64,000 nt of DNA from Casimicrobiaceae bacterium (GTDB lineage Bacteria > Pseudomonadota > Gammaproteobacteria > Burkholderiales > Casimicrobiaceae), in NCBI GenBank assembly GCA_035501215.1, contig DATJWL010000129.1, forward strand, positions 698-64,697. Reading direction: 5' to 3'. Numbering within the stretch: the stretch's first letter is position 1; each line of letters begins with the position of its first letter. Below the pieces are notes generated by a model, which saw nothing but the letters and a program-made list of their open reading frames with translations, did no database searches and was not told the origin of the DNA. Both the position numbers and the translations under genes were made by a program. Positions 63,716-64,000 of the stretch are shown here, piece by piece.

Positions 63716-64000
63716 TCACATCGCCTTGCGCATGTTGACTGGCGGGATCTGCAGAGCCTCCCGGTACTTCGCGATCGTCCGTCGCGCGACGAGAATGCCC
63801 TGATCGCTCAGGAGGTCGGCGATCCGGCTGTCGGTCAGCGGAGCCTTCGGGTCCTCGGCGCCGATAAGCTGCTTGATGAGCGCCCGGATCGCCGTGGCGG
63901 ATGCCGCGCCGCCGGTGTCCGTGGCCACATGGCTGCCGAAGAAATACTTCAACTCGTAGGTCCCGCGCGGGGTGAGCATGTATTTCTGGGTGGTGACGCG
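63716..64000 (-). CDS. rpoN: RNA polymerase sigma-54 factor, 3' end (5' end outside window)
   Basis: ...YELKYFF...[24 protein letters not shown] (RpoN box ARRTIAKYR). Confidence 0.9.
   Translation of the reverse strand, partial: RVTTQKYMLTPRGTYELKYFFGSHVATDTGGAASATAIRALIKQLIGAEDPKAPLTDSRIADLLSDQGILVARRTIAKYREALQIPPVNMRKAM

Overview
Visibly GC-rich (roughly two-thirds G+C by eye) bacterial chromosomal segment. It carries about 70 protein genes on both strands and one ncRNA (RNase P RNA). I can recognise no rRNA, tRNA, CRISPR array, integrase or transposase. Gene content and order suggest a Betaproteobacterium, by inference only: rpoN-hpf-ptsN-hprK-rapZ, ruvCAB, ybgC-tolQRA, leuS-lptE-holA, dksA ... 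hslV, and an HslV with a METYHG propeptide. Left third: a carbohydrate ABC transporter and putative sugar-acid catabolic genes (IlvD/Edd dehydratase, RraA-like, FAH-family), metY, small redox proteins, rsmE, uspA, holA, lptE and leuS. Middle: a DsbD-like/redoxin pair, a HlyD-ABC-ABC2 exporter, a 5'-truncated hybrid histidine kinase, hslU, two secreted hydrolases, two defective sodC-like genes, fabI, rnpB, pyrC, dksA, sodB, a duplicated-STAS protein and hslV. Right third: a DsbC-like protein, an SPFH/DUF4019/zinc-ribbon cluster, fpr, FKBP, a large PilZ-like hypothetical, tolQRA, ruvABC, ubiX, rapZ, hprK, ptsN, hpf and the rpoN 3' end. No classical defence island or mobile element is evident. 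The most unusual items are: (i) the SPFH-HTH / DUF4019 / double-zinc-ribbon cluster; (ii) a structured 266-nt unit bracketed by inverted repeats between ruvB and ybgC; (iii) the tandem defective sodC genes; (iv) the decapitated histidine kinase; (v) the separated hslU and hslV; (vi) a REP-like palindromic element family that overlaps a start codon and a stop codon; and (vii) a perfect 46-nt palindrome abutting the hpf ribosome-binding site. All functional calls come from reading motifs in the supplied translations and the raw sequence. No database search or folding computation was possible, so family names are recognition-level hypotheses.
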